DNA of 64,000 nt from Podarcis filfolensis (Eukaryota), in the NCBI GenBank assembly GCA_964270895.1, contig OZ185443.1; one strand, written 5' to 3'. Positions 62,346 through 64,000 of the stretch are shown here, piece by piece; within the stretch, counting starts at the first letter, position 1; every line of letters begins with the position of its first letter. The notes beneath the pieces were generated by a model. It saw only the letters and a list, made by a program, of their open reading frames with translations, was not told the DNA's origin and ran no database searches. A program made the translations under genes and the position numbers.

Positions 62346-64000
62346 AAATATAAAACATTGATTAAAATGCAACTTAAAAATAGCATAAAATACAAAATAA
62401 AATGCAGCATCAATAAATCAATGAAATTCAAAAATTCAGGGATCAGTGAACTTTGTCACAGGACAAATGCTTTCATAGAATAAGAAATGAAACACATTGA
62501 AGTTTTAAAAATGAAAACAAATGCACGTTGGAATGATTTGCCCCCACCTTGCACACACCTAGTTTTCACTGGGAGAGTTTCTTTTCAGTGGTTACCAGAA
62601 AGAAATAGCCCCCCCCAATAATGTGAGCTTTTTCTTGTGATACTTCAGTGCTGCATTTTGTGCCAAATTTTGCTATGCTTGAGGTCAAACTAGACATGAT
62701 TGCTAAATAATTCTATGCATTTAAAGTTCAGTTTTTAAAAAAATGCAAATATCAGATTGGGGGAGGAGCTGATAATTATTGGAAATGCAGCAGACATAAG
62801 CAATAAAGTTAACTTTCATCTTAGGACTGAATGAGGGTTAAATTCCTCTTCCACAAGCACCTGTGATACCTATAATTACCAGCCTCCAACACTCCAAACT
62901 AATTTTTTTTTAATCGGTGCCTGCAAAGGTGAGAATTGGAAATGGAAATACTATTTCATGAATGGACGTCTGCTGGTGTGACATTGGATGTCAACCTGCA
63001 TATTAAATGCCAAGAGGCATTTAAGTTTCTGGTTAATTTGGCTTACTAGGAGGAAAAACCCCTAATATAATCTCCGTCATGACTTGCTTCTCGCTCATGA
63101 GATTTCACTGCAAGTACTTGAGGCCTATGTTGGGTGTGCTGGTCACAGCCACACCACAATTTCTATATTGCTTTGACCATCATGCCATTTTCACTATGAG
63201 CTCTCAGTGTTACAAAGCTGAGAACTGGAAGTGGAGCCAAAAATGGATTTTAGAAAAATCATTGTCAGTATTGGGAGGAGGAGGAGGGGGGGACCCATAA
63301 ATGATAATGGAAGTTTCAACAGAGCCTTAAGTCTAGCTGTGCCCTACTTTTTCCTTCCTAAAACTGGAATGAATAATTCCCACCCCTCCAAATAATTTGA
63401 GATGTTCATTTAAATGCAAGGAAGAAACTAAGTGTCGAACTAACAGCACTTTAACTATTCCTACAGTAAACACACAAGAAGTTAGCAACAAACACTGATA
63501 GAACCTTTGAAAATATTTTTTTTTTGTTTTGTTTCATCAAAAGCCACTTGAGGCATCTTAAATTACTTTCCCCCCCCTCAAAGCAAGTTACCGACTATGA
63601 CACCAGCTGCTCCAGGCACAGATCAACAGAGCCAGCAACTATTGTGGAGTCAAATTCAGCAGCACTTTTTTCTACATTTACCCTAGTAAAGAAATGTGGC
63701 AATGATAGTTGAAGTCCCTCAGGTACTTGCCATGCCGCATTGCTGATACTGTGAGCAAAATAGATCAAGGAGGAGAGACTACAAATCCCTGCTTTGCACT
63801 GTTCTCACTTTGAAGCTGGGAGAAAAGTCATTTTTCATTATTGCAGGTACTAATCTCAGCAGATTTGCCTCATTATCTGAAGAAAATGTCCTTTCTTATT
63901 ATATGGAAGATCAGATTGCCAAGCATTAAAAAAAAAAAAAAAACCCTAAAGAGAGATGGCCAGGCTCACATCTTATGAAGCAGTTGACACCAAACACTGA

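Noticed and set aside
63830-63930. Acceptor-like ttttcattattgcag as the next UNC5C exon
   Set aside because: The phase-1 frame does not give the expected APDSDDVALY transmembrane exon and hits a stop with no donor.

Overview
Vertebrate nuclear DNA, most likely from a lacertid lizard, judged from the Sauria/Squam SINE variants. The window is the interior of the netrin receptor gene UNC5C on the + strand. Five consecutive coding exons are present, matching human exons 3-7 as recalled from memory: rest of Ig1, Ig2, TSP1-1 and TSP1-2, 762 nt or 254 codons in total. All have AG/GT ends and compatible phases. The rest is intron filled with squamate transposable elements: Sauria, Squam2-like and Squam3-like SINEs; CR1 and L2 fragments; a young 5'-truncated L1 with an 18-bp TSD; two Penelope-like insertions; two solo LTRs; an old Gypsy PBS-gag relic; and many hAT and Tc1/mariner MITEs. 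There is also a 265-nt N gap. I cannot confidently identify a previously undescribed system. The best second-look items are: (1) an intact minimal hammerhead ribozyme in one Penelope copy; (2) a second Penelope copy whose inversion junction lies at the ribozyme cut site; (3) a solo LTR whose U3 looks like a decayed acidic/SP-rich ORF; (4) repeated hAT insertions into the ATCTAG motif of CR1-type SINE tails; (5) RBFOX motifs at the exon-3 donor. Repeat family names come from recognition of the sequence, not from database searches.
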